Positions 9,316 through 18,721 of a stretch of 64,000 bases of DNA are shown in pieces. Where the stretch lies: the NCBI GenBank assembly GCA_963697335.1, contig CAVONQ010000005.1, forward strand, positions 101,338 to 165,337, written 5' to 3'. Position numbers and translations under genes: made by a program. Numbering within the stretch: position 1 is the first letter of the stretch; each line of letters begins with the position of its first letter. The notes beneath the pieces are model-generated. The model was not told where the DNA came from. It searched no databases and saw only the letters and a program-made list of their open reading frames with translations. Source of the stretch: an uncultured cyanobacterium (lineage in GTDB: Bacteria > Cyanobacteriota > Cyanobacteriia > PCC-6307 > Cyanobiaceae).

Positions 9316-9777
9316 ATGAGCGAGACCGTCGACCGCCTGACCGGCCTGGGCTTCCAGGTGTTTCGCCGCAAGGACAGCGCCTATGTGATGCTCGAAGGCC
9401 CCCTGAGCTGGAAGCGGGCCCGCAAGCAGGCGCGCAAGCTCGGCGGCGACCTGGCCACCGTGAACAACCGCAAGGAAAACCGCTTTCTCACCCAGCGCTT
9501 CTCCCCCATCGCCGCCGATGAGTGCGGGCTCTGGATCGGCCTCAAGCGCAGCAACAAGACCGGGGGCTACAGCTGGTCGTCGGGCCAGCGGGCGAAGTAC
9601 CGCAACTGGCTGCCGGCGGGCACCCCCGGCTACCGCCGGCCCGAGCCCAGCCCGGAACGCAACCAGCGCTTCGTGCACCTCTATTTCAATCCGAATGCCC
9701 TCGGGCGCTGGAAGAATTCCGACAACACCTACCGCGAGGTGCTGATCAGCGGTGGCATTGCCGAATTCCAGATCTGA
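9316..9777 (+). CDS. C-type lectin-like domain protein
   Basis: SW..AR..A..LGGDLATVN...EN.FL, LWIGL, WSSG...Y.NW...EP. Confidence 0.75.
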   Translation: MSETVDRLTGLGFQVFRRKDSAYVMLEGPLSWKRARKQARKLGGDLATVNNRKENRFLTQRFSPIAADECGLWIGLKRSNKTGGYSWSSGQRAKYRNWLPAGTPGYRRPEPSPERNQRFVHLYFNPNALGRWKNSDNTYREVLISGGIAEFQI

Positions 9778-9788
9778 GCCCTCCCCCC

Positions 9789-10907
9789 ATGTCCCCTCAA
9801 GCCATGAGCAGCTCCAGCCCCGCAGCCCCCGCCGCCTTGCCGGTGACGATCCTCTCCGGCTTCCTGGGCGCCGGTAAAACCACCCTGCTGAACCACATCC
9901 TCAGCAACCAGCAGGGGCTCAAGACCGCCGTGCTGGTGAATGAGTTCGGCGAGATCGGCATCGACAACGAACTGGTGATCGCCACCGGCGATGACATGGT
10001 GGAGCTCAGCAACGGCTGCATCTGCTGCTCGATCAACGGCGAGTTGCTGGATGCCGTCTACCGCATCCTCGAGCGCCCCGAGCCGGTGGACTACCTGGTG
10101 GTGGAGACCACCGGCCTGGCCGATCCGCTGCCGGTGGCGATGACCTTCCTGGGCAGCGACCTGCGCGACACCACGCGCCTCGATTCGATCATCACCCTGG
10201 TGGATGCCGAGAACTTCAGCGCCGATCTGCTGGAGGGCGAGGTGGCCCGGGCCCAGATCGTCTACGGCGACATGCTGTTGCTCAACAAGTGCGATCTGGT
10301 GGAGGAGGAGAAACTCCAGGCCCTGGAGCGGCAGTTGCGCGAGATCAAGACCGATGCGCGCATCCTGCGCTCGGTGAAGGGGGAGGTGCCCCTGGCCCTG
10401 CTGCTCAGCGTGGGCCTGTTCGAGAGCGATCGCCTCGTGGCCCAGCCGCCGCCGGCACCCGCCGCCGAAGACCACAGCCACTGCGACCACGACCACGGCC
10501 ACTGCGAACACGAACAGGAGCACGAACACGACCATCACGACCACGCCCACAGCCACGACCACAGCCACGACCACGGCAGCAATCCCGACCACGCCGCCAT
10601 CGAGGGCTACACCTCCCTGTCGTTTCAGAGCGAGGGGCCCTTCTCGCTGCGCAAGTTCCAGAACTTCCTCGACAACCAGCTGCCCGCAGGAGTGTTCCGG
10701 GCCAAGGGGATTCTCTGGTTCAACGAGAGTGAGCGCCGCCACGTGTTCCATCTGGCGGGCAAGCGCTTTTCGATCGATGACAGCGACTGGCCCACGGCGA
10801 AGCGCCAGAACCAGATCGTGCTGATCGGCAAGGAGCTCAACCACGACCAGCTGCGCCGCCAACTGCAGGCCTGCGTGGCCAAGGATGCCGGCAAGGGCTT
10901 CGGCTGA
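9789..10907 (+). CDS. COG0523/CobW-family metallochaperone GTPase
   Basis: GFLGAGKTT, VNEFG, GCICC, ETTGLADP, NKCD, His-rich linker, RAKG. Confidence 0.9.
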   Translation: MSPQAMSSSSPAAPAALPVTILSGFLGAGKTTLLNHILSNQQGLKTAVLVNEFGEIGIDNELVIATGDDMVELSNGCICCSINGELLDAVYRILERPEPVDYLVVETTGLADPLPVAMTFLGSDLRDTTRLDSIITLVDAENFSADLLEGEVARAQIVYGDMLLLNKCDLVEEEKLQALERQLREIKTDARILRSVKGEVPLALLLSVGLFESDRLVAQPPPAPAAEDHSHCDHDHGHCEHEQEHEHDHHDHAHSHDHSHDHGSNPDHAAIEGYTSLSFQSEGPFSLRKFQNFLDNQLPAGVFRAKGILWFNESERRHVFHLAGKRFSIDDSDWPTAKRQNQIVLIGKELNHDQLRRQLQACVAKDAGKGFG

Positions 10908-10953
10908 TCGGGAACTGGCCCAAGCCCCAGGACGAGAGAGGGGCGACTTGAGC

Positions 10954-10972
10954 GATAATGATTCCCATTCAA
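10954..10972. promoter_or_regulatory. Candidate Zur/Fur-family box upstream of the porin
   Basis: GATAATGATTCCCATTCAA matches GATAATGATTATCATTATC at 14 of 19 positions. Confidence 0.6.
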
Positions 10973-11042
10973 GTCTTTCCCGTCTTGGCCCCGCCCCCCG
11001 GCCCCCTCGTCCCTGGCTCTGCCCCTGCTGTGGCTTGCCCCC

Positions 11043-12476
11043 GTGGCCGCCACCGCGGCGCCCCTGCCCGGGCCTCTGCAGGCCAACCTTGCAGGCGTTG
11101 ATCGCTACGCCGCTCAGGAGCAGGTCACCAGCATCTCCCAGTTCTCCGATCTTCAGCCCACCGACTGGGCCTTTCAGGCCCTCGCCAACCTGATCGAGCG
11201 CTACGGCTGTGTGGCCGGCTATCCGGACGCCAGCTTCCGCGGCCAGCGCGCCATGACCCGCTTTGAGGCCGCGGCCCTGCTCAACGCCTGCCTCGATCGC
11301 GTCACCGAGGTCACCGACGAGCTCAAGCGGCTCATGGCTGAGTTCGAGCAGGAACTCGCCATCCTCAAGGGCCGTGTCGATGGCCTCGAGGCCAAGGTCG
11401 GGGAGCTCGAAGCCAACCAGTTCTCCACCACCACCAAGCTCTCAGGACTCGCCACCTTCGTTGTCGGTGGCGTCAACAACAGCCCCCTGGGGGAGCAGGT
11501 CAGCTTCAACTACGACGTTCAGCTCAACCTCGACACCAGCTTCACCGGCAAGGACCTGCTGCGCACCATCCTCAGGGCTGGCAACTTCGATGGTGACCGC
11601 AATGCCTTCGGGGCCGGCCTCTCCGCCCTCGAGGTCGCCTTTCAGGAAGAAGGCGGTCCTGATTCCGTCGGCATCGACAAGCTCTACTACCAGTTCCCCA
11701 TCGGCAGCCAGTTCACCGCCACCGTGGGCCCCCGCGTTGGCCAGGAGGACATGCTCGCCCTCTGGCCCAGTGCCTACCCGAGCGACACCATCCTCAACCT
11801 GCTCACCCTGAACGGCGCTCCCATCGCCTACAACAAAAATCTCGGCCCCGGCGCCGGGATCTGGTGGCAGCAGCAGGGCTTCAGCGTCAGCGCCAACTAC
11901 GTGGCCGCCCGTGGCGCCGATTCCTCGATCGGCCTGTTCAGCAGCGACTCCGCAGGCACCGCCACCGTCCAGCTCGGCTACGGACAGGAGACCTGGGGCC
12001 TGGCCGCCATCTATTCCTTCATCGAGGGCGGCGTCGAGGTGCCCGGCGGCAGCCCCTTCGTGAGCCAGGCCATCGCCACACCCTCGGGTGACACCAACGC
12101 CTTCGGGATCAGCGGCTTCTGGCAGCCCAGCGAGGCCAGCTGGATTCCCTCGATCAGCGCCGGCTACGGCTACAACCGCACCAGTGGTGACTCCAACCTC
12201 CGCGCCTCCCAGTCCTGGATGGTCGGCCTCCAATGGAACGCGGGCTTCGCGGATGGCCATGCCTTCGGGATGGCCCTCGGCCAGCCCGGCTTTGCCACCG
12301 ACACGCGCCGCAGCGCCAGCACCGAATCCGGGCTCTGGGCCATGGAGGCCTGGTACCAGTGGCAGCTCACCGATGCCATCGCCATCACACCCGCCGTCTT
12401 CTACCTCACCAACCCGGAAGGCAACAACAGCTCGGATCAGTTCGGTGCTCTGCTTAAAACCAGCTTCAGCTTCTGA
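11043..12476 (+). CDS. Cyanobacterial SLH-domain porin (OprB-like)
   Basis: QVTSISQFSD..PTDWA.QAL..L.ERYGC, TRFEAAALLNACL, FSTTTKL, C-terminal FSF; true start may be ATG 10958 across a frameshift. Confidence 0.9.
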   Translation: MAATAAPLPGPLQANLAGVDRYAAQEQVTSISQFSDLQPTDWAFQALANLIERYGCVAGYPDASFRGQRAMTRFEAAALLNACLDRVTEVTDELKRLMAEFEQELAILKGRVDGLEAKVGELEANQFSTTTKLSGLATFVVGGVNNSPLGEQVSFNYDVQLNLDTSFTGKDLLRTILRAGNFDGDRNAFGAGLSALEVAFQEEGGPDSVGIDKLYYQFPIGSQFTATVGPRVGQEDMLALWPSAYPSDTILNLLTLNGAPIAYNKNLGPGAGIWWQQQGFSVSANYVAARGADSSIGLFSSDSAGTATVQLGYGQETWGLAAIYSFIEGGVEVPGGSPFVSQAIATPSGDTNAFGISGFWQPSEASWIPSISAGYGYNRTSGDSNLRASQSWMVGLQWNAGFADGHAFGMALGQPGFATDTRRSASTESGLWAMEAWYQWQLTDAIAITPAVFYLTNPEGNNSSDQFGALLKTSFSF

Positions 12477-12575
12477 GCCAGAGCAGCACCCCAGATCACC
12501 GTCCCTGGGAACGGTGGTCCCCGTTACACCCGCACCGGACGGCCTGGCTAGCATCAGCACATTCCTGAGAACGAC

Positions 12576-12719
12576 ATGGCTGAATTGCTGTTGTGCATCG
12601 GCGTTCTGGGCGTGCTCGGTCTGGCCTTCTGGCTCACCACGGACTCAGACGACGACAACGGCGGTGGCGGCCTGATGCAGCCCGCCTTAGTGCCGGTGCG
12701 CGTGCGCCGCAACGGCTGA
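12576..12719 (+). CDS. 47-aa single-TM small protein with acidic/Gly motif
   Basis: Manual translation MAELLLCIGVLGVLGLAFWLTTDSDDDNGGGGLMQPALVPVRVRRNG; below the ORF-track cutoff. Confidence 0.65.
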   Translation: MAELLLCIGVLGVLGLAFWLTTDSDDDNGGGGLMQPALVPVRVRRNG

Positions 12720-12842
12720 GGCCAGCGCCCCATCACGGCTCCCTGGGCCGTATCAATGGTCACGCGCCCCTGCCTCTTAAGCACGGGTCCACGCCTGGGC
12801 TGATCCCTAGGTTCTGGGGGTTGTTGACGCCAAGCGTCCTGA

Positions 12843-13919
12843 ATGATCTCTTCAACCCTGAGCGGACGTGCCCTTGGCAAGCTCGCCCTGGCTCTGGTCG
12901 TCTCCCTTGGTGCCGTGGGATGCGCCAACCAGAAGCAGGAGGCGGCCGATTCCTCCGCCGTGCCGCCTGAGCTGGCCGGCACCGAGGTGGGCGTGTATTC
13001 CGGCCGCCACTACAACACCGATAAGGAGCTCTACAAGGAATTCACCCGCCGCACGGGCATCAAGGTGAACCTCCTGGAAGCCAAGGACGACGCCCTGATC
13101 GAGCGCCTGCGCAGCGAAGGTGAGAACAGCCCCGCAGACCTGCTGGTGCTGGTGGATGCGGCCCGGCTGGACAAGGCCACCCGCATGGACCTGTTCCAGC
13201 CCGCCAAGTCGGCTGCGCTTGAGAGGGATGTGCCCGCCGACCTGCGCGACTCCAAGGGCCGCTGGTTCGGCCTCACCCGACGGGTGCGGGCCGTGATCGT
13301 GAATCCCGATCTGGTGGATCCCGCCACGATCACCACCTACGCCGATCTCACCAAACCGGAACTCAAGGGCAAGCTCTGCCTGCGCAACAGCAAGAGCGTC
13401 TACAACCAGTCCCTGGTGGCAGACCAGATCATCCAGCAGGGCGACGACGCCACCAAGGGCTGGGTGAAGGGCATGGTGGCCAACGTGGAGCAGCCCTTCT
13501 TCACGTCGGATACGCCCATGTCCCGGGCTGTGGCCAAGGGCGACTGCGGCGTGGCGGTGGTCAACACCTACTACGTGGCCCGCATGCTCTCCGGCGAGAA
13601 CGGAGCGGAGGACAAGCAGCTGGCTGGCAAGCTCAAGGTTGTGTTCCCCGATCCCTCCCACGTGAACATCAGCGGTGCCGGCGTGACCCGCCACGCCAGC
13701 AATCCTGAAGGCGCCCGGCTGCTGCTTGAGTTCCTGGCCTCCCCCACCGGCGGCAAGGGCTACGCCGAAGCCAACAACGAGTACCCCCTCAGCGGCTACG
13801 GCGATAATGAGGTACTGAAGACCTTCGGCACCTTCAAGGCCAACGGCGTCTCAGCCGAGCAGATGGGCAACAAGAACCAGGACGCCGTGGCGTTGATGCA
13901 GGCCAGCGGCTGGAAGTGA
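12843..13919 (+). CDS. futA: Fe(III) ABC transporter substrate-binding protein (FutA/IdiA)
   Basis: VYSGRHYNTD, SPAD, VYNQSL, VNTYY, HVNISG, NNEYP; lipobox. Confidence 0.9.
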   Translation: MISSTLSGRALGKLALALVVSLGAVGCANQKQEAADSSAVPPELAGTEVGVYSGRHYNTDKELYKEFTRRTGIKVNLLEAKDDALIERLRSEGENSPADLLVLVDAARLDKATRMDLFQPAKSAALERDVPADLRDSKGRWFGLTRRVRAVIVNPDLVDPATITTYADLTKPELKGKLCLRNSKSVYNQSLVADQIIQQGDDATKGWVKGMVANVEQPFFTSDTPMSRAVAKGDCGVAVVNTYYVARMLSGENGAEDKQLAGKLKVVFPDPSHVNISGAGVTRHASNPEGARLLLEFLASPTGGKGYAEANNEYPLSGYGDNEVLKTFGTFKANGVSAEQMGNKNQDAVALMQASGWK

Positions 13920-15493
13920 TCGCCCACTCCGCAGACGTCCAGGCAGCTCAGAGCCGTCCAGCCCCCTGGCCCCGTTGGCCCACTCACGCCCACCTGCCCC
14001 AGCGGTCGCTGCTGGGGGCGGGCGTGGTGCTGGTGTCGGGCCTGGCCCTGCTGCCGGTGGCGGCCCTGCTGGTCTTCGCCGTCCAGGAGGGCGGCCTGGA
14101 GCGGCTGGGTCTGGGCTACGAAGGGGGCGAGCAGGTGGCCAACACCCTGGCGCTGGTGCTGGGAGTGGGGGTGGCGGGGGCAGTGCTGGGCACCGCCAAT
14201 GGCTGGCTCACCGCCAACTGTCAGTTCCCGGGCCGGCGTTGGCTGCGCATCGCCCAGCTGCTGCCCCTGGCCACCCCCACCTATCTGCTGGCGGCCACCG
14301 CTATCGACCTCGGCAGCCGCCTGAGCTGGCGGGTGCATGGGCTCGGCTGGGCCCTGGCGGTGCTCACCCTGGGCACCTACAGCTATGTGTTCCTGCTCAG
14401 CACCGAGAGCTTCGCCGTCAGTGGGCGGCGCCAGCTCGAGGCCTGCCGCTCCCTGGGCACCGGACCCTGGGGCTCCTTCCGGCGGGTGGCCCTGCCGATG
14501 GCCCTGCCCGCGATCGGCGCCGGCGTGGCCCTCAGCGGGATGGAGGTGGTGAACGAGCTGGGGGCGGTGGAGTTGCTGGGCGTTCCCACCCTCTCCACCG
14601 GGATCCTGCGTCGCTGGCAGGACCAGGGCGACCCCCAGGGGGCAGTGGCCCTGGCCCTGGTGGCCCTGGCCATCGTGAGTCTGCTGGTGGCGATCGAAGG
14701 CCAGCTGCGCCGCCGCAGCCGCCGCTGGCTGATGGGCAGCCGCGGTGACAGCCTCAAGCCCTGGGTGCTGACGGGCTGGCGGGCCAGCCTCAGCCAGCTG
14801 CTCACGGCCCTGCCCCCCCTGCTCACCCTGGGCCTGCCGCTGGTGTGGACGGCCATGAGCTGGGATCAACTGCGGGGCGAAAGCGTGGCGGAGCTGGCCG
14901 GACTCACCGGCCGCAGTCTGGGTCTGGGCCTGGTGGCCGCTGGGCTCACCATGGGCCTGGCACTGCTGCTCTCCATCGCCCGGCGCTGGATCCAGCAGCC
15001 GCTGATCCGGCAGCTGACCTTCGTGGCCGGCATGGGCTACGCGGTGCCAGGCACCGTGCTGGCCCTTGCCCTGATGCTGCTGGGCGGACCCTGGCAGCTG
15101 AGCCCCCTGCTGCTGTTGGTGTGGGGTTACAGCGACCGCTTTCTGGCCGTGGGCAAAGGCGGCCTCGACGCCGGCCTGGAGCGGATTTCCCCCTGTGTGG
15201 ATGAGGCTGCCACCGGACTGGGCTGCAGCTGGCCCCAGGTGCTGCGGCGGGTGCATCTGCCCCTGCTGCGCGGGCCCCTGTTGGTGGGCGGACTGCTGGT
15301 GTTCGTCGACACCGTGAAGGAGCTGCCCCTCACCTTTGCGCTGCGGCCCTTTGATTTCGACACCTTGTCGGTGCGGGTGTACCAGTACGCCAGTGACGAA
15401 CGGGTGGGGGCGGCCCTGATTCCGGCGCTGCTGATCCTGCTGCTGGGCCTGGTGGCCGCCCTGGCCCTGGTGCCCAGCCTCAAGGAGGACTAG
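13916..15493 (+). CDS. futB: Fe(III) ABC transporter permease
   Basis: Two EAA-like loops, FPGRRWL, KELPLT..LRPFDFDTL. Confidence 0.9.
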   Translation: MIAHSADVQAAQSRPAPWPRWPTHAHLPQRSLLGAGVVLVSGLALLPVAALLVFAVQEGGLERLGLGYEGGEQVANTLALVLGVGVAGAVLGTANGWLTANCQFPGRRWLRIAQLLPLATPTYLLAATAIDLGSRLSWRVHGLGWALAVLTLGTYSYVFLLSTESFAVSGRRQLEACRSLGTGPWGSFRRVALPMALPAIGAGVALSGMEVVNELGAVELLGVPTLSTGILRRWQDQGDPQGAVALALVALAIVSLLVAIEGQLRRRSRRWLMGSRGDSLKPWVLTGWRASLSQLLTALPPLLTLGLPLVWTAMSWDQLRGESVAELAGLTGRSLGLGLVAAGLTMGLALLLSIARRWIQQPLIRQLTFVAGMGYAVPGTVLALALMLLGGPWQLSPLLLLVWGYSDRFLAVGKGGLDAGLERISPCVDEAATGLGCSWPQVLRRVHLPLLRGPLLVGGLLVFVDTVKELPLTFALRPFDFDTLSVRVYQYASDERVGAALIPALLILLLGLVAALALVPSLKED

Positions 15494-15630
15494 GCCTTGC
15501 CGCAGCGGCACTTGCCGCCCTTCCAGTTGGAGCACTTGCTGGTCTTGCAGCCCTTTTTCTTGGCTTCGCTGGGGCCCCGGCGGTTGGCGGAGTCGGGGCT
15601 GTCGTTGGCGGGTCCGATCGGCTGAGCCAT
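15490..15630 (-). CDS. 46-aa Lys/Cys-rich small protein
   Basis: Manual translation MAQPIGPANDSPDSANRRGPSEAKKKGCKTSKCSNWKGGKCRCGKA; GC-rich third positions; co-oriented just downstream of crp. Confidence 0.65.
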   Translation of the reverse strand: MAQPIGPANDSPDSANRRGPSEAKKKGCKTSKCSNWKGGKCRCGKA

Positions 15631-15683
15631 GGTTCGAGTTGACGGGCGAAGGGAGGAAAGGAAACAAGGGGGGGGGAGCCTGC

Positions 15684-16280
15684 TCAGGCGTTGGCCAGGG
15701 GAGCTGACTCGACCAGGGAGGGAGCCAGGCGCATCCCGGCGGACCCGGCGGGCACCTCGATCAACTGGGCCTGGCGGATCCTCGAGATCAGCCGGGTGGT
15801 GGTGACCCGGGTGGTGCCGATCAGTTCGCCGATGCGCTCGTGGGTGAGGCGGAAGGGCAGATCACACCAGGGGCCGCAGCGGCGTCCCATGCGGCGCACC
15901 AGCATGGCCAGCAGGGCATGGAGGCGCTGTTCCGCCGTGCCGAGGTGGCGGATCCGCAGCAGCTGCAGGGTCCACTCGTTCACCGGGTCGAGCCCCGCCT
16001 CGGGGTCGAGGGTGCTGCTGGTGCTGAAACAGAGCGGCGTGAGGGCCTCCACGCAGGCGCCCTCGCTGCACAGGCGTGAGGCGTCGAGCTGATCGCCGGC
16101 CTGCAGGAAGGCCAGGGTCATGCCTTCGGTTTCCTCACAGGGGCAGTAGACGCGGGCCACGCCTTCGAGCACCTCAATGCAGCCACTGCCGGCGCGGCGG
16201 GCGGGATCGAGCAGCACCGAGTGCCCGGCCGGCAACCGCACGGCGCTGAGGGGCGTGTCGGAGAGCAGTCGAAAGGTCAT
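15684..16280 (-). CDS. Crp/Fnr family transcriptional regulator
   Basis: C-terminal LTHERIGELIGTTRVTTTR HTH; Cys-rich N-domain (YCPC, LC..G.C). Confidence 0.85.
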   Translation of the reverse strand: MTFRLLSDTPLSAVRLPAGHSVLLDPARRAGSGCIEVLEGVARVYCPCEETEGMTLAFLQAGDQLDASRLCSEGACVEALTPLCFSTSSTLDPEAGLDPVNEWTLQLLRIRHLGTAEQRLHALLAMLVRRMGRRCGPWCDLPFRLTHERIGELIGTTRVTTTRLISRIRQAQLIEVPAGSAGMRLAPSLVESAPLANA

Positions 16281-16295
16281 CGCCTGAAGGGCCTA

Positions 16296-16351
16296 GTTGC
16301 GAATGACTCGCAACCTAAACAAGAGCGGCGCATTTTGCAAGCGATTCTCAA
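16296..16351. promoter_or_regulatory. Two candidate Fur boxes in the divergent crp promoter
   Basis: Perfect inverted repeat GTTGCGA-ATGAC-TCGCAAC (16296-16314) and TTGCAAGCGATTCTCAA (16335-16351), both resembling TTGAGAATnATTCTCAA. Confidence 0.6.
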
Positions 16352-16476
16352 TAGCGAGTGCCTGCTGCGATCCAGCCGACCCCGCAGCACCAGTCATGTG
16401 CAACAAAGCCGTGACGTCTGATTCCACCGTCGCCACGTGGAGAGGTATCCCGCAATTCTCTGGGGATTGACCATTC

Positions 16477-17028
16477 ATGCTCACCCGCACTCCTCGTCTG
16501 CACCGGGGCGCCCAGGGCCTCCTGGCCCGCATGGGACTCCTGGCCACGGTCGCCGTCGCCTCCACCTGGGCCGCCGCCACGGTGCTGGGACTGTCACCGG
16601 CCAGGGCCGCTGAGGACACGCTCCTCTACCAACTCGAGACCACCTGCACGGTGCGGGGCGGGGCCGCCCAGCCCTGCACCGTGGAAGCCATCGATGAGGC
16701 CAGCGGCGATGTCACCGTCTACCGCCACACGATCGGCAAGAGCGTCACCTCCATCCGGGTGACCGACAGCCCGCTGACCATGAGCGTGATGACCGCCGGC
16801 AGCCAGGACTGGGAGAACCTCACCTCCGCCGGTGCCCGCTTCTCCACCAACACGATCTGCTTCAACGACCGCGACCTCTGCGTGGTGAACCCCAACTACC
16901 TCAACAGCGTGCGCGAGGAGCGTCCCGAAGCCACCGCGGGCCGTGACCTGGTGGTGGTGATGTTCGATGACAGCGGTCGCGTGGACCTCACCTGCTACGA
17001 CGACGGCTGCGAGGGGGTGCTGGAATGA
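16477..17028 (+). CDS. Secreted six-Cys hypothetical protein (module gene A1)
   Basis: Signal peptide ending ARA; CFNDRDLCVVNPNYLNSV; paralog of 18221-18721. Confidence 0.75.
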   Translation: MLTRTPRLHRGAQGLLARMGLLATVAVASTWAAATVLGLSPARAAEDTLLYQLETTCTVRGGAAQPCTVEAIDEASGDVTVYRHTIGKSVTSIRVTDSPLTMSVMTAGSQDWENLTSAGARFSTNTICFNDRDLCVVNPNYLNSVREERPEATAGRDLVVVMFDDSGRVDLTCYDDGCEGVLE

Positions 17029-18052
17029 AACGCCCACGTTCAGCCTTCGGCCTGCTGCTGGCAGGCACTCCTGGTGCTGCCCAGCCTGCCGGCGATGGCC
17101 AGCTTTGACGCTCCGGGCCCAGCGCAGATGGAGTCGGCCTCCAACGGCGAGCTGATCGCCCGCAAGGGCGGCGGTGGCGGCCGCAAAGGAGGGGGCAGCC
17201 GCAAGAGCGGGGGCCGCAGCGGTGGCGGCAGCAAGAACCGTGCCTCCAAGGGGCACAGCGGCTTCAAGACCTCGGGCTCCAGCCTGAACCGCGGCTCCAA
17301 GAAGCCCAGTGGTGGCTGGAGCAAGAAGGCCAAGAGCAGCGGCGGCCCCTCCCTGAACCACGGCAAGAGCTCCAAGGACCAAGGGCCAGCAAGGCGCAGG
17401 CCAGCAACAACAACGCGACCGCAACCGCACCACCGCCAGCAACGACCGCAACCGGAACGGCAACCGCGACGGCAATCGTGACCGCAACCGCGACAATCGC
17501 GATGACCGGCGGGATCAACGGGGCGACCGGGCCGAAAACAGGCGCGACTGGAAGGATGACCGCCGCGACGATCGCTGGGACCGGCGCGACAACATCCGCG
17601 ACGACCGCTGGGATCGCCGCGACGACCGCTGGAACGACCGCTGGGATCGCTATCCCGGCTGGGCCCGGCCCGGCTGGGGCTACGCCCGGCCTTGGAACAC
17701 CGGCTGGTACGGCGGCTGGTCCAGTCCCAGCTGGGGCTGGTGGGGCGCCAGTGCGGCCACCTGGGGGATCACCACCCTGGCCACGGCGGCGATCATCAAC
17801 TCGGCCGTGGACAACGCGGTGAGCAACGAGACCACCTACATCGTGGTGCCCAACAGCGACTACCGGCTGCTGTACGGCACCGTGGAGCCCGTGGGTGATC
17901 AATCGGTGTCGTTCGAGGCGATCAGCGGCGACAACTCGATCACGATGCAGGCCGACTGCAACCGCGGCACCCTCAACGGCAGCACACCCAACAGTGCCTC
18001 CGAAGCGGAGCTGCTGAATGCCGCCTGCCAGGTGGCCTACGGGTCGGTCTGA
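17025..18052 (+). pseudogene. Secreted low-complexity protein (module gene B1) with two apparent +1 frameshifts
   Basis: ATG overlaps the A1 stop; colinear with 18721-19749 if single bases near 17063 and 17384 are removed; may be intact in vivo. Confidence 0.7.
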
Positions 18053-18073
18053 GGGCGCCGGCCGCCATCAACG

Positions 18074-18102
18074 CCTGCCCTCTCAACGGGGGCAGGTTTT
18101 TT
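18074..18102 (+). terminator. Rho-independent terminator after module 1
   Basis: CCTGCCCTC-tcaac-GGGGGCAGG stem (one G-U pair) followed by TTTTTT. Confidence 0.8.
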
Positions 18103-18220
18103 GCTGCGACTGAATTCAAGGCCGGAAAAAAATGTGGCCAACTGCTACGGCACGCCCCCCAGGCGCGGCCAACGGCACAAGATGAAAAGTAGGCCTTCAC
18201 GGATCGGGAGTATCGACACC

Positions 18221-18721
18221 ATGCCTTTTCGTGTCCCATCCCCCCTTCAGCTGCTTCCCGTCGCGCTCACTGCAGCCGCGGCGCTGACCTGGGCGCTGCT
18301 GCCGGCGCCGGCCCGATCGGAGGTGCTTTACAGCCTCGAGACCCAGTGCAGCCTCAAAGAGGGGGCGGCCCAGGCCTGCACAGTGGAAGCCACGGAACAA
18401 GACGGCGCCACCCTCTACCGCCACACCATCGGCGACCGCGTCGTGCTGATCCGGATCGAGGCTGAACCCAGCCGCATGAGCCTCTGGGATGCCACCAACA
18501 GCCAGTGGACCTACCTGGCCTCCGCCGGAGCCCTGCTCTCCAGCAACACCGTTTGCTTCAACGGCCGGGATCTCTGCGTGGTGAACCCCAACTACCTCAA
18601 CAGCGTCGTGGAGGAGAAGCCCGCGCTGTACGAGGGGCGGGATCTGGTGCGGGTCATATTCGGAGTGGATGGTCGTGTCGACCTGAGCTGCTTCGACAAG
18701 GCCTGCGATGAGGTGAACTGA
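18221..18721 (+). CDS. Secreted six-Cys hypothetical protein (module gene A2)
   Basis: Signal peptide; CFNGRDLCVVNPNYLNSV; same six Cys as A1. Confidence 0.75.
   Translation: MPFRVPSPLQLLPVALTAAAALTWALLPAPARSEVLYSLETQCSLKEGAAQACTVEATEQDGATLYRHTIGDRVVLIRIEAEPSRMSLWDATNSQWTYLASAGALLSSNTVCFNGRDLCVVNPNYLNSVVEEKPALYEGRDLVRVIFGVDGRVDLSCFDKACDEVN

Noticed and set aside
10470..10575. cacgac/cacagc tandem repeats
   Set aside because: They encode the normal His-rich linker of COG0523 proteins; not CRISPR or a separate element
12494..12519. Hairpin after the porin
   Set aside because: No U-tract; could be a stabilising stem but cannot be called a terminator or ncRNA
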